Shown here: positions 26,843-64,000 of the stretch, piece after piece
How positions within the stretch are numbered: the first letter of the stretch is position 1
Layout of the letters: each line of letters opens with the position of its first letter
Assembly: GCA_963693365.1 (NCBI GenBank)
Contig: CAVNZM010000001.1
Coordinates: 7,332,907-7,396,906 of the forward strand
DNA length: 64,000 nucleotides
Direction of reading: 5' to 3'
Origin: Amoebidium appalachense
Lineage: Eukaryota > Protista > Ichthyosporea
The notes under the pieces: generated by a model
What the model was told of the DNA's origin: nothing
Seen by the model: the letters and a program-made list of their open reading frames with translations, nothing else
The model's database searches: none
Made by a program: the position numbers and the translations under genes

Positions 26843-27028
26843 CATCAGAAGGACTCGTGTTTTGCTTTTCTCATCCACCTTTTCTTTCTTTCTTTTCTTT
26901 TTTTTTTTTTTCGGGGCGGGGGGGGGGGGGGGGGGGGGGGAGGAGGGTAGTTGATCAATGATATCAAGCATTCTGGTTGCACTTATGTGTACAGTCCGTG
27001 TCTCTCTATATTCTGCTACTAACCCCCC

Positions 27029-27059
<31 letters not shown>

Positions 27060-27126
27060 AAAAAAAAAAAAAAACAGAAACAAAAAACAAAAGCGGCTCG
27101 CACATAGGCACACCACACACGCACGT

Positions 27127-27190
<64 letters not shown>

Positions 27191-27494
27191 CACGTTTTCA
27201 ATGGGTAGTTGTTGGGTAACTGTGTCTATCAATGTGATGGATGTTTAGCAAATGGGTATGAGACAATTATGAAAGAGGCCGTGGCTACGCAGGCCTATTA
27301 CATATTAGAATATGAATATGGAACGAATGACCGCTTTGTGAGGAGGCAGCCTGAGTAAGCACGAGAAATATACACATATGTACGCCAATAATAAGCTTGA
27401 AGGTAACCCTTCTTGGCAGAAATTCGTGGTTTCCCTTTGTGTATGCGTTCGTTCCTGTGTGTGTCTGTGAACTGTGTGTGTGTGCGTGCGTGTT

Positions 27495-27534
<40 letters not shown>

Positions 27535-27663
27535 TGTGTGTGCGCTGTGCATCATGTGCGTGTGCGTGTGTCACGGTGCTCCGGAGGAGGGGAGGGGGAA
27601 GGATGCATATGCACGTGTGTGCACGTGTGTGTTTGTGTCTGTGCGTGCGCGCGCGTGTGTCAT

Positions 27664-27720
<57 letters not shown>

Positions 27721-28247
27721 GACAACTTGTGTGTGTGCACCCGCGCATGTGCATGTTTGTGCGCTTGTGTACAGCTAGTGTGTGTGTGTGTGCACACGAC
27801 AAACACACTCACTCGTTGTGATCACACGAATCACAAAGGCACGCAAGCCGAACTTACACAGGCATACGCCATAGTAATAATAAAGAAAAGGCTAAAGAAT
27901 AAGCGTGGTGCACTCTCTAAATCAGTGCACGTACGTGTACGTGCACATATACGTACACGCCTGAATAACAATCGATTCGTGAGCCGGTGGATTGGTGCGG
28001 AAGCCAGAGATGCGCCCGACTATTTGTAACAAAGGTCGAGCATGGCGTATGGGTTTGGGCTCTGCGTGCGCTCGCCTGGGATTTTTTTCCCATGACCTTT
28101 CCCATGCCCCATGTGGTTCTTCTCGATGCATCCAATCCAGCATGCACATGCAAAAAAAATCAAGTTGAAGGGATGCCTAATCGAAGCGGTCGCGCGTTGT
28201 GATTAGCCTAAAGTCACGAGGCTCACTTTGACATGAACTGACGTGCA

Positions 28248-28299
28248 TGATTGGCCAAATCCGCACCGGCGGATTCCTGGAGCGGAAACTATATAAACG
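28248..28299 (+). promoter_or_regulatory. CCAAT (reverse) and TATA boxes of the GH114-TSP1 gene
   Basis: GATTGG at ~28249; CTATATAAACG at 28289. Confidence 0.6.
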
Positions 28300-28557
28300 G
28301 GCACAACTTGTGTCGCCATTCAGTTTTCTCGTTTGCACAACACTTGTTACCCCAATGTGTCAGCCCTTTGAAGCAAATGTACAATAAGCAACCTTCCTAG
28401 CCTCCTTAATCAAGCCTTTCTTTTCTTTTCTTTTCTTTTCAAGCAATTTCCTTTCTATGACTGTGTTTGCTCCCAGCTCAAGACACACAAGGTGACTTGC
28501 CTTTTTTTCCGTAAAAACTCAACCAACGCAGCTTTCCACATCCGTAACGCTCTCAAA

Positions 28558-29788
28558 ATGGTTCTCTCTCGTCTTCTTTACCTCCTTCCCCTCGTTGTGG
28601 GGCAAACATCTGCATGGCAGAAACTCCCTGCCGGGTCTACGTGGGTCAACCGTGCGTGGTGTGAGCCCGGAGTGAAGTGTGGTCAGCACGCCATAAACGA
28701 CGAAACTGCCGTCCTCATCAACTGGTACTACACAGACGCAAACGATGTTCAAGCAATCAAGAACATGGGCAAGGTTGCTATGTGCTACATGAGTGCCGGG
28801 TCTATGCTTCCTGACGAGAGGAAAAACAACCCAGACGTTCCACTCGGAAAGTCAATCTCCGGATACGACCTTCGCTGGGTGAGCATTCTGCCGGGTGACC
28901 AAGCGAAAGTGCAGCCGTGGATGAGTGCGAAGTTGGAAGAGGCGGCCAGGCGTGGGTGTCAGACCGTGGAACTTGACAACGTCGACTGCTGGTATTTTTT
29001 CTGTTTGAATGAAAAAAACAAGCGGCTTCTTGCGTGGCAGGCTACTTACGTTTTCAAATTAAATGGGTGTCCGGATCAGGATACCAGACATCCTTTTGGA
29101 TTGACTGAGCAAGAATATGTTAAAAACCTTCTGGATACAGCAATATATACTCTATTACTCAACCTTTTTTTGACAACAAAAGTTTGTTGCTAACAATGGG
29201 GAGCTCTGCGTCTTTTTAAAATTTTGAACTTCGTTGGCCTAAGCTAGTCCTGTTACGTATACCAAGTCTACTTCTTGTGCAATTCTTTGGCAAGTAACTC
29301 TCACTCAGGTCTAGGTCAAGCAGCAAGCATGCATGACGGACAGACCTAGAGCCTGCTGGTCATGAGTCGAGATTTAGATTTAGAGGTTCTCTGCAGCTAT
29401 AGCAGACGCTGCCACCCATTTGCTCATAGGCCATATCAAAGTTTAACGTTTCAAACGATGTGCGAATTTCGATTTTTACTCATGGCATAGTCACGGTTGC
29501 GGTTGTCAAATGCTTATTAGCCTCACTGGCAACCGATGTATTAATGCCTCTTGACTTCCAGGCAGAATGATTGTTTGGACGGCCAGAAAGCATACAGCCC
29601 CGAGATGAGATCAGCACAAGTTGCCTACCTCAAATGGCTTGCGGGGCGCTGCCATGAGCTCGGAATGGGAGTAGGCCTAAAGAATACACTTGGTCTTGTT
29701 GTCGACTTGGTGGATGACTTTGACTACGCAGTAAACGAACAGGTACAGTCCAACCCCCCCCCCCCCCCCCCCCCCCTCCCCCCCCATC

Positions 29789-29819
<31 letters not shown>

Positions 29820-29833
29820 AAAAAAAGAAACGT

Positions 29834-29878
<45 letters not shown>

Positions 29879-30909
29879 TTCTCCCTCCCTCCCTCCCTCC
29901 AAATGTCTCTCCCCCCCCCCTCCCCCCCCCCCCTCTAGATCTCCAAACCACGTACTTGTACAAAGGCATACTTGGTCTCCACCATTTTCGTATATAATCT
30001 CGATATTCCTTGTTAAATTCGCTCATTGCCCCCCCCCCCCCCCCCCCAAACATACCCTCCAAACACACCCCCTCCCCTACTCTGGAGCAATCCCTCCCCT
30101 CTATTCGGTCTTTAGAGAATGTTTGCTCTTTGGGGTCAACCCCTGCTGCTACCTTGACTACATCACCAAATGAAATGCTTGTGCAACTGTCCGTGCTTGC
30201 CTTGTTAATCATTGTTATACACATGCATCCTGGTTGTTATTACTTCAGAATCTATCACACTAACGATCATCATCAACAGTGTCTGGCATGGAATGAATGC
30301 GGTCTCCTCAAGCCATTCCTGGATCAAAACAAGGCCATTCTTGCTACCTCCACCACCGGCAGTGTTGACCGCATTTGCACAGAAGCGAAAAAGTATAGCA
30401 TGTCCATGCTGTATGATCTGGACGATTCTGGATGGAAAATGTGCCCCATGGCCAGTGCTGCACCACCACCACCTCCACCAGAAACCACCAACCCTGCCGA
30501 GCCACCCCAAACAACGAACACCCCAGCACCGACACCAACAGAGACGTCCACACCGTCGCCCACAACTACTACAACCACTGGACCTGCTACGTGGTCCGAT
30601 TGGAGCGCCTGGTCAGACTGTACACGAATTTGTGGCACGGGGGTAATGACACGTGAGCGCACATGTAGCACGGGCAAGAATGACGACTGTTTCGGTGACT
30701 ACACGAGTCGGCGCACATGCAACAAGCAGGGATGTGGTTGGGATAAAGAGCATCCATACGGCCAGTGGTCTGAGTGGGGTGTATGGACACCATGTTCGAA
30801 AAGTTGCAACGGTGGGGTTATGACCCGTAGTCGTGAGTGTAAAGACGAAGCCCAGTCATGTCGTGGGGATTGGGCGGGGAGGCGGCTGTGTAACACACAA
30901 CCGTGCTAA
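28558..30909 (+). CDS. Secreted glycoside hydrolase family 114 (endo-alpha-1,4-polygalactosaminidase-like) + Pro/Thr linker + 2 thrombospondin type-1 repeats, 414 aa; exons 28558-28991, 29562-29742, 30280-30909
   Basis: Signal peptide MVLSRLLYLLPLVVGQTSA. GH114 motifs MCYMSAGS, VELDNVD, GVGLKN, DFDYAVNEQC..WNEC. TSP1 WSDWSAWSDCTRICGTGVMTRERTC and WSEWGVWTPCSKSCNGGVMTRSREC. 434+181+630 nt in phase. Confidence 0.9.
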
Positions 30910-31416
30910 TGTCGACATGCCAAATGTTAATTGATGGGCGGCACCACATATATCTGGTTTAACTGGAGAGTACCTGAGATTGATGATATCACTGGCCAGT
31001 GGCCGTTTCGCATAAGATGATTCCAATAGGTCGATATTTAGTATGTAAAGCCAAAAATTTCGTTACGAAGTTTGAGAGCGAATAACGGTTAACACCTCAG
31101 CAATACACATGTGTATATCGGTAACATAAAAGCCTATGGTTTGCAAACTGAGTCGCTAGCCAAGTGGCTAGCAAGGATCTGTTTTGCATAAGTACGTAGA
31201 TAGCTCTAGGTGACTAACAAATTAAAAAATTCCTGTACCTGTAAATTCTGTGTTGGACCGCCCACATGCCCCCCCCCCCCCCCCCTCCCCCCCCCCCTCC
31301 CCCCGCGGGCCTACAATTCCCTTCAGTCCCGAGATCTCCTTTCCCCCAAAGAGGTAACTTATTTTGGAACAGGCCATTTGCTAGAAGTAAAGGTGAGGGG
31401 ATTAAGTGAGTGCTCC

Positions 31417-31505
<89 letters not shown>

Positions 31506-31507
31506 GA

Positions 31508-31550
<43 letters not shown>

Positions 31551-32831
31551 TGTGCGCGCGTGTGTGCGTGCGTGCATACGCCTGTGCATGCGTGCATACG
31601 CGTCTGTGTGTGTACGCTTGTGCATGAATGGGTGTGTGGGCGCTTAAGTACATGTATATGCCCGCGTGTGTGTGCGTGTGTGTGTGCGTGTGCGTGGCAC
31701 TGCGTATGTGGGTGAGTGGGTGTGTCCTTGTCGCGTGAGCGCATGCGCGTGCACGGTCTTTAACTTCAACCGTGCGTTTGTGTATCTTTGTGCGCGTGCG
31801 GGCGTGCGGGCGGGTGTGTGTGTGAGCGTGTGCGTGTGTGTGTGCGTGTGTGCGTGTATGTGTGTGGTGGTTATTAACATTTTTTTTGTATAGATGTATG
31901 GTTTCACAGTGTTTTAGGTATGTGTTGTGTGTTGCGTAGTGCGTTTGTTGTGTGTGTGTGTGTGTTCGCGCACGCGCGCGCGCGCGTGTGTGTGTGTGTG
32001 TTGCGGTGCACTACTATGAATGGATCTCGACGTAGTAGTTTCTATAGCATCGTGCCAAAGGCATGTAGAGCATGCAAAAGTGTGGGAATCCAAATCTTCC
32101 GGGTGTCTTGCCCGGTGCAACAGGTGCGAGCAGTGGAGTGGCACTATAATTGAACTATTACCGTTGAGGTGCCTGTCTGCGTGCTTCACACTACTAATAT
32201 GTGAACTGATTGGGGTTCGCAATAGCTACATGGTGTGTGTATGTGTACAGTATGAACATGAACAGGCCAAGGAAAATGATGTGCTTTTATCAGGCGATTG
32301 TTATTCTTTTTCAAACAATGAACAGCCCAAAGTTCAACTCGTAAAATTACAGGAGCAAATCCCGGTGTGCTGCTGTACAAACGACCTAAATGCCAATTGT
32401 GTCGATGCAGTGTGTATGTGAAGTTTTTATTGTGTACATTTCACCAGTATAAATGCAAAAGCGAGTTTAGAGGCCCATGTATGTTGTTCTGTGTCTTTGC
32501 TCACAGCGAGACCTGTGTGCCTGCATAACATTTTGCAACACAAATGTTAACAAGTCTGTGCAAACTGAATACACCATGTGCAAATTCCCTTTAATTTAAT
32601 AGCGTATTGCTTACCTTCAAAGGTTCCGTTCCCTTAGCAACTGCCTCTGGCCTCCACTTTGACTTATGTTTTCATCAGCGACTAGGCAACACGACAAATG
32701 CGATTTAAAACGACCTCAGATCCCAATAAAAAACGGGTAGGACAAAATCAACGGAGATTGATATCAGTAACAGGTGTGTATTAAAGATAACTTTCCTGTC
32801 ACAGCACTGGCTCACGAATGCTGCCGTGCGT

Positions 32832-32922
<91 letters not shown>

Positions 32923-33799
32923 TATGTGTCATATTTGGGTGCGGGGACTGTGGTGGGAGCCACGCTTATGTGTTGTACATGGCAGGTGCCGACTCAGCTG
33001 GTGTTAATGGTGATGTGACTACGGTACATGATGCCATGCTGGTGTATATGTGGTGTATATGTGTGGGCTTTGAAAAGTCTAATATTCAAAGCAAGGGGAG
33101 TAGTGCACTGGGAGGAGGCTGAGCCTCATCATAATGTGAATACAAAGGTGCACGTTCTCCGTGTCCACCCGGCTTGGTAGGCCGAGCTCGCTGCCAGTGG
33201 TGCACATAGCTTTGCACGTTGAGCCCAGTCGCTTGTGACTCAAGCTATCACAGATCACTGCATCACTGATTGCCGGCTACTCAACTTCACAAGGCCATGT
33301 CAATTTGGTGGTCTACGTAAAAACAATAACCTGCTTCGACATGTCGACATGGGAAATGATGAACACAGCATAGTATGGGTGAGCCGTACGGGCGCAGAGA
33401 TTGAGCCGTACGGGCACAGAGATTCAATTTGCATAGCATGAACACAGCACACTCTATATCTTGCAACGGTAGAATTTGCAATTGTACAAAGGAAAAATCA
33501 GGTAGTGGTCAGAGTTTGTATTTACCCCTCGTGTTTTGGTGACAACGTTGAGGCGCACCGGGCAGCCCCACAGAACTTTTCATGCATTTAGTAGAAGTCA
33601 AGTTCAGTGGTAGATACGTCAAATCTCTAAGTTTCTACTTACAAAACAAACTGTATCAATCAAAGGCACAACTTCGTATTTACAGCCAAGCTCTACCTTT
33701 CCGCGCGTTACACTTTACAGTCATATCACTTTCGCTTCATTCGTTCACTTTTGCTTTCAAGTTCCATGTCATATAAAAAATCTAGTTTCTTGTTTCACT

Positions 33800-34576
33800 T
33801 TACATAAATCTTGTCATCAGCGTAGTCAGGCTTCCAGGGGCAACAACCGGAGGGGTAGTCAACTGCTCCTCTCTACTTTTTGAATTCATTCTGCGCAAGG
33901 CCGTCCCTAGTTTTCGTTGCAAAGCATTTGACGATTTCTCAATCGTCCTTTCGGCAATGTGACGAGCCTTGGTAGCTGCCTCAACACTGCAGTTGCGTTC
34001 TGTCAGAGAAGAAAACCCTTTGTGGGGCCTGAATTTCCCACAGCTGAAGTACCCATAGAAGAATTGCCGTTGCGAGTCAATGGTTGAAATAGACAATAGG
34101 CGACCGTAACCGTCTGCATGACCGGCTTCAAACATTCCCTCGTAACGCGTGTTTGTAATGAGACACACGTAGACACCGTACCCGCATGGCTTTCCGTCCA
34201 GCCACTCACCCATATAGAGAAAACTGGGCGCGGCCATAGCCCCCTCGCTTGAAAAACATATGTAGCCTTCGGCATCGTTTGAAACACCGCCTTCATACAC
34301 TGCACCGTTCTTCATGGTGATGCATGCAAAGGTGGTAGAGTTTATACTGCACCCGCTGTACGAGTTCTGGCGTTCGAGAGAGGATCGGGGTGTCCCCTTG
34401 GGTGATTTTCGCACGAATGTCTTTGCTACAAATTCAAACGAATCGCTTGAGAGACGTGCTGTGAGTTCGAAGGAAAGTTTTGATACAGAGTTTGAGTCGT
34501 TAGATCTATCAGCTGAGTCATCGGATCCTCCTAGCTTGTCCATAAGGACACCACATATCTTTCTAGCAGAAACCAT
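33800..34576 (-). CDS. Intronless MORN-repeat protein (MORN4/retinophilin-like), 258 aa
   Basis: MORN motifs YMGEWLDGKPCGYGVY, RYEGMFEAGHADGYGRL, YGYFSCGK, then an Ala-rich helix VEAATKARHIAE. CTATAAAA on the - strand at ~34757-34764 and CCAAT at ~34794. Confidence 0.8.
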   Translation of the reverse strand: MVSARKICGVLMDKLGGSDDSADRSNDSNSVSKLSFELTARLSSDSFEFVAKTFVRKSPKGTPRSSLERQNSYSGCSINSTTFACITMKNGAVYEGGVSNDAEGYICFSSEGAMAAPSFLYMGEWLDGKPCGYGVYVCLITNTRYEGMFEAGHADGYGRLLSISTIDSQRQFFYGYFSCGKFRPHKGFSSLTERNCSVEAATKARHIAERTIEKSSNALQRKLGTALRRMNSKSREEQLTTPPVVAPGSLTTLMTRFM

Positions 34577-35937
34577 TTTCGTTTCTTGCCTATAAACTCA
34601 TAAACCCTTCGGCCCCGGTTTCCCTTAGAGGAGCCTAACGTAACAAGCGCGCTACATTGAAAGTTACTTATAAAGCTACGTTCCCGAAAAGGACTTGACT
34701 TTGTGCATGTTCGTATGAACTTCTGACCATGTGGCGAGCTGGCGAGACACAGATGGTTTTATAGCTGGCGTCCCAACGGCAGGAAACCCTCAACCAATCA
34801 CATTTGCACATGCACAACTTCCGCGGTAGAAGAATGCAGTGGCGTGGCTCTGATTCATGGTCAAGAATTTACAAACATCTGAATTATATATCTTGTATAT
34901 ATCCCTTGGTTTCTGGTTTTATGCAGCTTTTGCGGGCGATGGGGAAAGTTATCCACGCACCATGCGTCCGTTGATAGATAGATACCTGTAGAGGAATTTA
35001 GTGCCCTAAAATATGTTTGCACCCTGGTCTTTATGAGCCTGCTGCCCTCCGACGCTCCGCCTCCTGCAGGTTGCTCCACTGAGTGCATTCCAAAGTGGAG
35101 AGTTTCACATATGGTGTCATTTTTTACGTGGCAGTAGTGTATGTACATATGCAAACTTCTACATTTCAATATGTTACTGGTTCTTTAGGAGTAATATCTA
35201 ATCTGCATTTGTTCCATTGTACATGAATAAGCAGAAGTTGCCGCAGGCTACCAACACTGCCACATGGATGCCAACATGTGCCCACACCGTGTACCACACA
35301 TCATATGATGGTACATCGTTGCTGTTGTGTGTACAATGGTGATCTTACCTAGGTTTTAATACAAATAGAAATATGAATAAATGGACCTTATTGCCTCATA
35401 AAGAGTTCACATGGCATTGCAGTGACCTGCAAGGCCGGCAGTGCTGGCCGCAAGTGCTTTTTTGTTTCATGGACGCGGTCAGATTCCAATGAAATAAATG
35501 GGCCTACACATCAAATACCAGTCTCTGTCATTTGATTAATTAACCTGGTGGTGCTTACTTCGAAATATGATTGGTCCATTCTATGACCTACAAGACTCGT
35601 CCGCGCGACTGGATTGGCTAGCCATGCATACCAGGGAATGATAAGATACCTCAGGCTCAAAATCCGTGGCGACCGCGCGCAGCGGGCCGTCGTTCAAAGT
35701 TCGAATTCTCGATCCTTCTACACAGTGTACACTGCAGTTGCACATGCACATTGAAACAATTGCACATGCGCGTATGCATGTTGTGTGCATCGCCACGTGT
35801 ACGCAAGTGCGTTCGGTGGCTGATCAACTCGTAACTTACATAGTTCGTGGTGGTGGTCGTGACGTCCGGAGCTAGTGGTGGCCATGGTGGTTGGGGCCCA
35901 TTGTGGGGGGAGGGAGGGGGGGGGGGGGGGGGGGGAT

Positions 35938-35973
<36 letters not shown>

Positions 35974-36168
35974 ACGGAGAGCCCAGGGTGGGGGATCGCG
36001 ATCGGTGTGCCACTATCTAGTACCCTGTGTACATGTGCCACGTGTGCAGAGCTCGATTTGGATACACACACATGTACACGTGACACCGTACTTATGCATC
36101 GTGACGCGCGCACCGTACACGTGCACACGCCCTGGCACACGCACAGTGCTGTACACACACACGCACAC

Positions 36169-36249
<81 letters not shown>

Positions 36250-36354
36250 GTAGGGAACAAAGGAAGAAGGCAAAGGGGGGGGGGGGGAGGGGGAAGGGGA
36301 GCGGGGAGGGAGGGAGGGATGGGGAGGACACACACACACACACACACAAACACA

Positions 36355-36393
<39 letters not shown>

Positions 36394-36423
36394 TCACACA
36401 CACGGTCACACACGGTCACACAG

Positions 36424-36502
<79 letters not shown>

Positions 36503-36519
36503 ACACAAAGTGCCGCCCA

Positions 36520-36643
36520 GGCTAGCCGGGAAGGGCAAGTGGCATATTCGAATTCCTAATCGGAACGTGTGGAATTTCAACTCCTATAGAACTCCTAAAA
36601 ACCCCTCTCCACTTGCGAACCCCTTCATTGGCAAGTGCTAGCT
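36520..36643. mobile_element. Degenerate hairpin/MITE-like element
   Basis: Nested inverted pairs GCTAGC..GAAGGG..GCAAGTGG / CCACTTGC..CCCTTC..GCTAGC. Confidence 0.35.
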
Positions 36644-36845
36644 AGTGAGTACACACACCCAACCAACCACCCACACACACACCCACACAGCCACACACAA
36701 ACACACGTGTACAGTACACACACACGTGTACACACAAACCCACACACCCACACCACACAACCACACATGTGCACACACACACGCCCACACAAACTCATGG
36801 CTATCTATACATCACACGCACCATGGTGGCACGGCAAATGGCAGT

Positions 36846-36930
<85 letters not shown>

Positions 36931-36965
36931 AATCGCCCCAACTCCTCCTCCTCTCCATATGACAT

Positions 36966-37070
36966 TGTGGCCCAGAGTCTTTCAGACCATGGATTAGGCC
37001 CAGAGTTGTGGCCCAGAGTCTTTCAGACCATGGATTAGGCCCAGAGTCTCAATTCAGACCATGGATTAGG
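36966..37070. repeat. ~32-41-bp tandem repeat x3 (GGCCCAGAGTC..TTCAGACCATGGATTA)
   Basis: Seen directly. Confidence 0.85.
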
Positions 37071-38180
37071 TACCTGCCATGCAGACCGTGAAATCACAGT
37101 ATTTGGATATACATATCGGTTTTAAGGGTCAGTATTACTGTTTAATTATTACTGTCATATTCCATACCGCCGTCCCTCGGGCACTGTAGCATTTGAGGGG
37201 TTAAGATAAACCCTAACTAACACCTGCAATATATTCGAGACTATATACACTTGTGAAATCCCCCCATTTACTGTAGCACCGGGTCGGTCAAATGTATGCG
37301 ACAGATCTTCCACAGCAGGTACACACGGCTAATTTTTAATTTCCCTGGTTCGTAATATGGGTTATTCACCGCACACCAGCAGTCAACACGCACTACATAC
37401 TATAACGGGTTAAATTGGTCACTATAATTAGGGTTTGTGCACACAAGCCTTTCACCTTAACAACAACCAATACGAATTAGGTATGTATTAGTAGTATGAT
37501 GCTTGCACTGCAACTACATTCAGTCATACAAAATGCCTACCTTGGGCCACGCAAAGACAGTGAATGATATGCAAAACGAAAAAAAAAAAAAAAAAAAAAA
37601 AAAAAAGGTTGGAGCATTCAAATTGCCAACGGTTAGATGGAATCACTATAACAATTTCCACCGTTGTGTTCAGACATGATAAAATACAGTTACTGTTAGT
37701 AAAAAAACGAATTCATAGCCACTTGGAGAAACTCAGAGCCAATTGTATTAGTTACGGTAGCGAAGGTGCGAGGGAGGGGAGGGGGGGAAGGGGAGGGGGA
37801 GGAATGGGGAGGGAGAGAGGGGAGGTGGAGGGAGGGGAGGGGGGAGAGGGGAGAGAGAGAGAGAGAGAAAAGCGAGAGAGCGAGAGATGAGAGAGAGAAT
37901 GGGCCTAACAACATTTGGAAGCTAAAGTATCCATTTTTTGGCATGATACGAAAGCATTCGGAAGACGAATACTAGTTGCATACGTTAGTCATTCGAGACG
38001 ACAGAAACCCTAAAACGAAACCCATGACCTATGTGCACACACACCGGACGCTGTGCATTTACGTGCCTAAAAAGACATGTGCATATGTGGTTAACGTGTG
38101 TGTATGTGCCTGCAAATTGCAGGGGCGTACATATGGCTAGACACGGCATGAATCATGCATGTCCAATTGCCGTGTGGATG

Positions 38181-38280
<100 letters not shown>

Positions 38281-38311
38281 GTGTGTATGTAGGAAAGAGG
38301 GCAAGGTCTTT

Positions 38312-63661
<25,350 letters not shown>

Positions 63662-63716
63662 CTGCCCCCCGGTAGCAGTGTAAGAATGAGTTAACAATTC
63701 GCCAAGAACGTGGGGA

Positions 63717-63752
<36 letters not shown>

Positions 63753-64000
63753 CCTCCCCGGTGGTCCTCCGTCCTTATCTACACCAAACCTAATAGTGCG
63801 GCCTCACTCAAAAACAACAGGCACGAGACAAGAAAGCCAGTGATAACAAAACCAGACGCAGAACACTGTTCGGGTTCCTATAAAAACGGGGTGTCATCTT
63901 GTTAAGTACACGGGGAGTGGGTTGGAGAGCAGTAGATACCGAAACAGTCACACATGAAAACGAACGATGCATAAATCCTTCAAAAAATTCTGGATTCCGT

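Noticed and set aside
28992-29193. Read-through extension of GH114 exon 1
   Set aside because: GH114 homology continues only after splicing to 29562
37190-37415. piggyBac-like GGGTTAA ends
   Set aside because: No matching left TTAACCC terminus nearby

Overview
Eukaryotic nuclear DNA with many introns; introns are packed with (CA)n/(GT)n and poly-C/poly-G, so nearly all of the supplied ORF track is microsatellite noise. Manual splicing with phase checks gives 7 genes: PPME1 (+, 5'-partial), an intronless 209-aa Trp-periodic orphan (+), a 787-aa single-C2H2 (Con7-like) transcription factor (-) head-to-head with TMEM234 (+), a secreted GH114 hydrolase fused to two TSP1 repeats (+), an intronless MORN4-like gene (-), and a ~34-exon phospholipase C-gamma (-, 5'-partial). 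PLC-gamma plus TSP1, with fungal/protist-type GH114 and Con7-like genes, suggests a unicellular holozoan, e.g. an ichthyosporean (inference). Main highlights: the GH114-TSP1 fusion, (CA)n tracts in place of polypyrimidine tracts at acceptors, a mosaic NUMT (atp6 + LAGLIDADG), two GC-AG introns, and palindromic MITE-like islands carrying CArG/CCAAT motifs.
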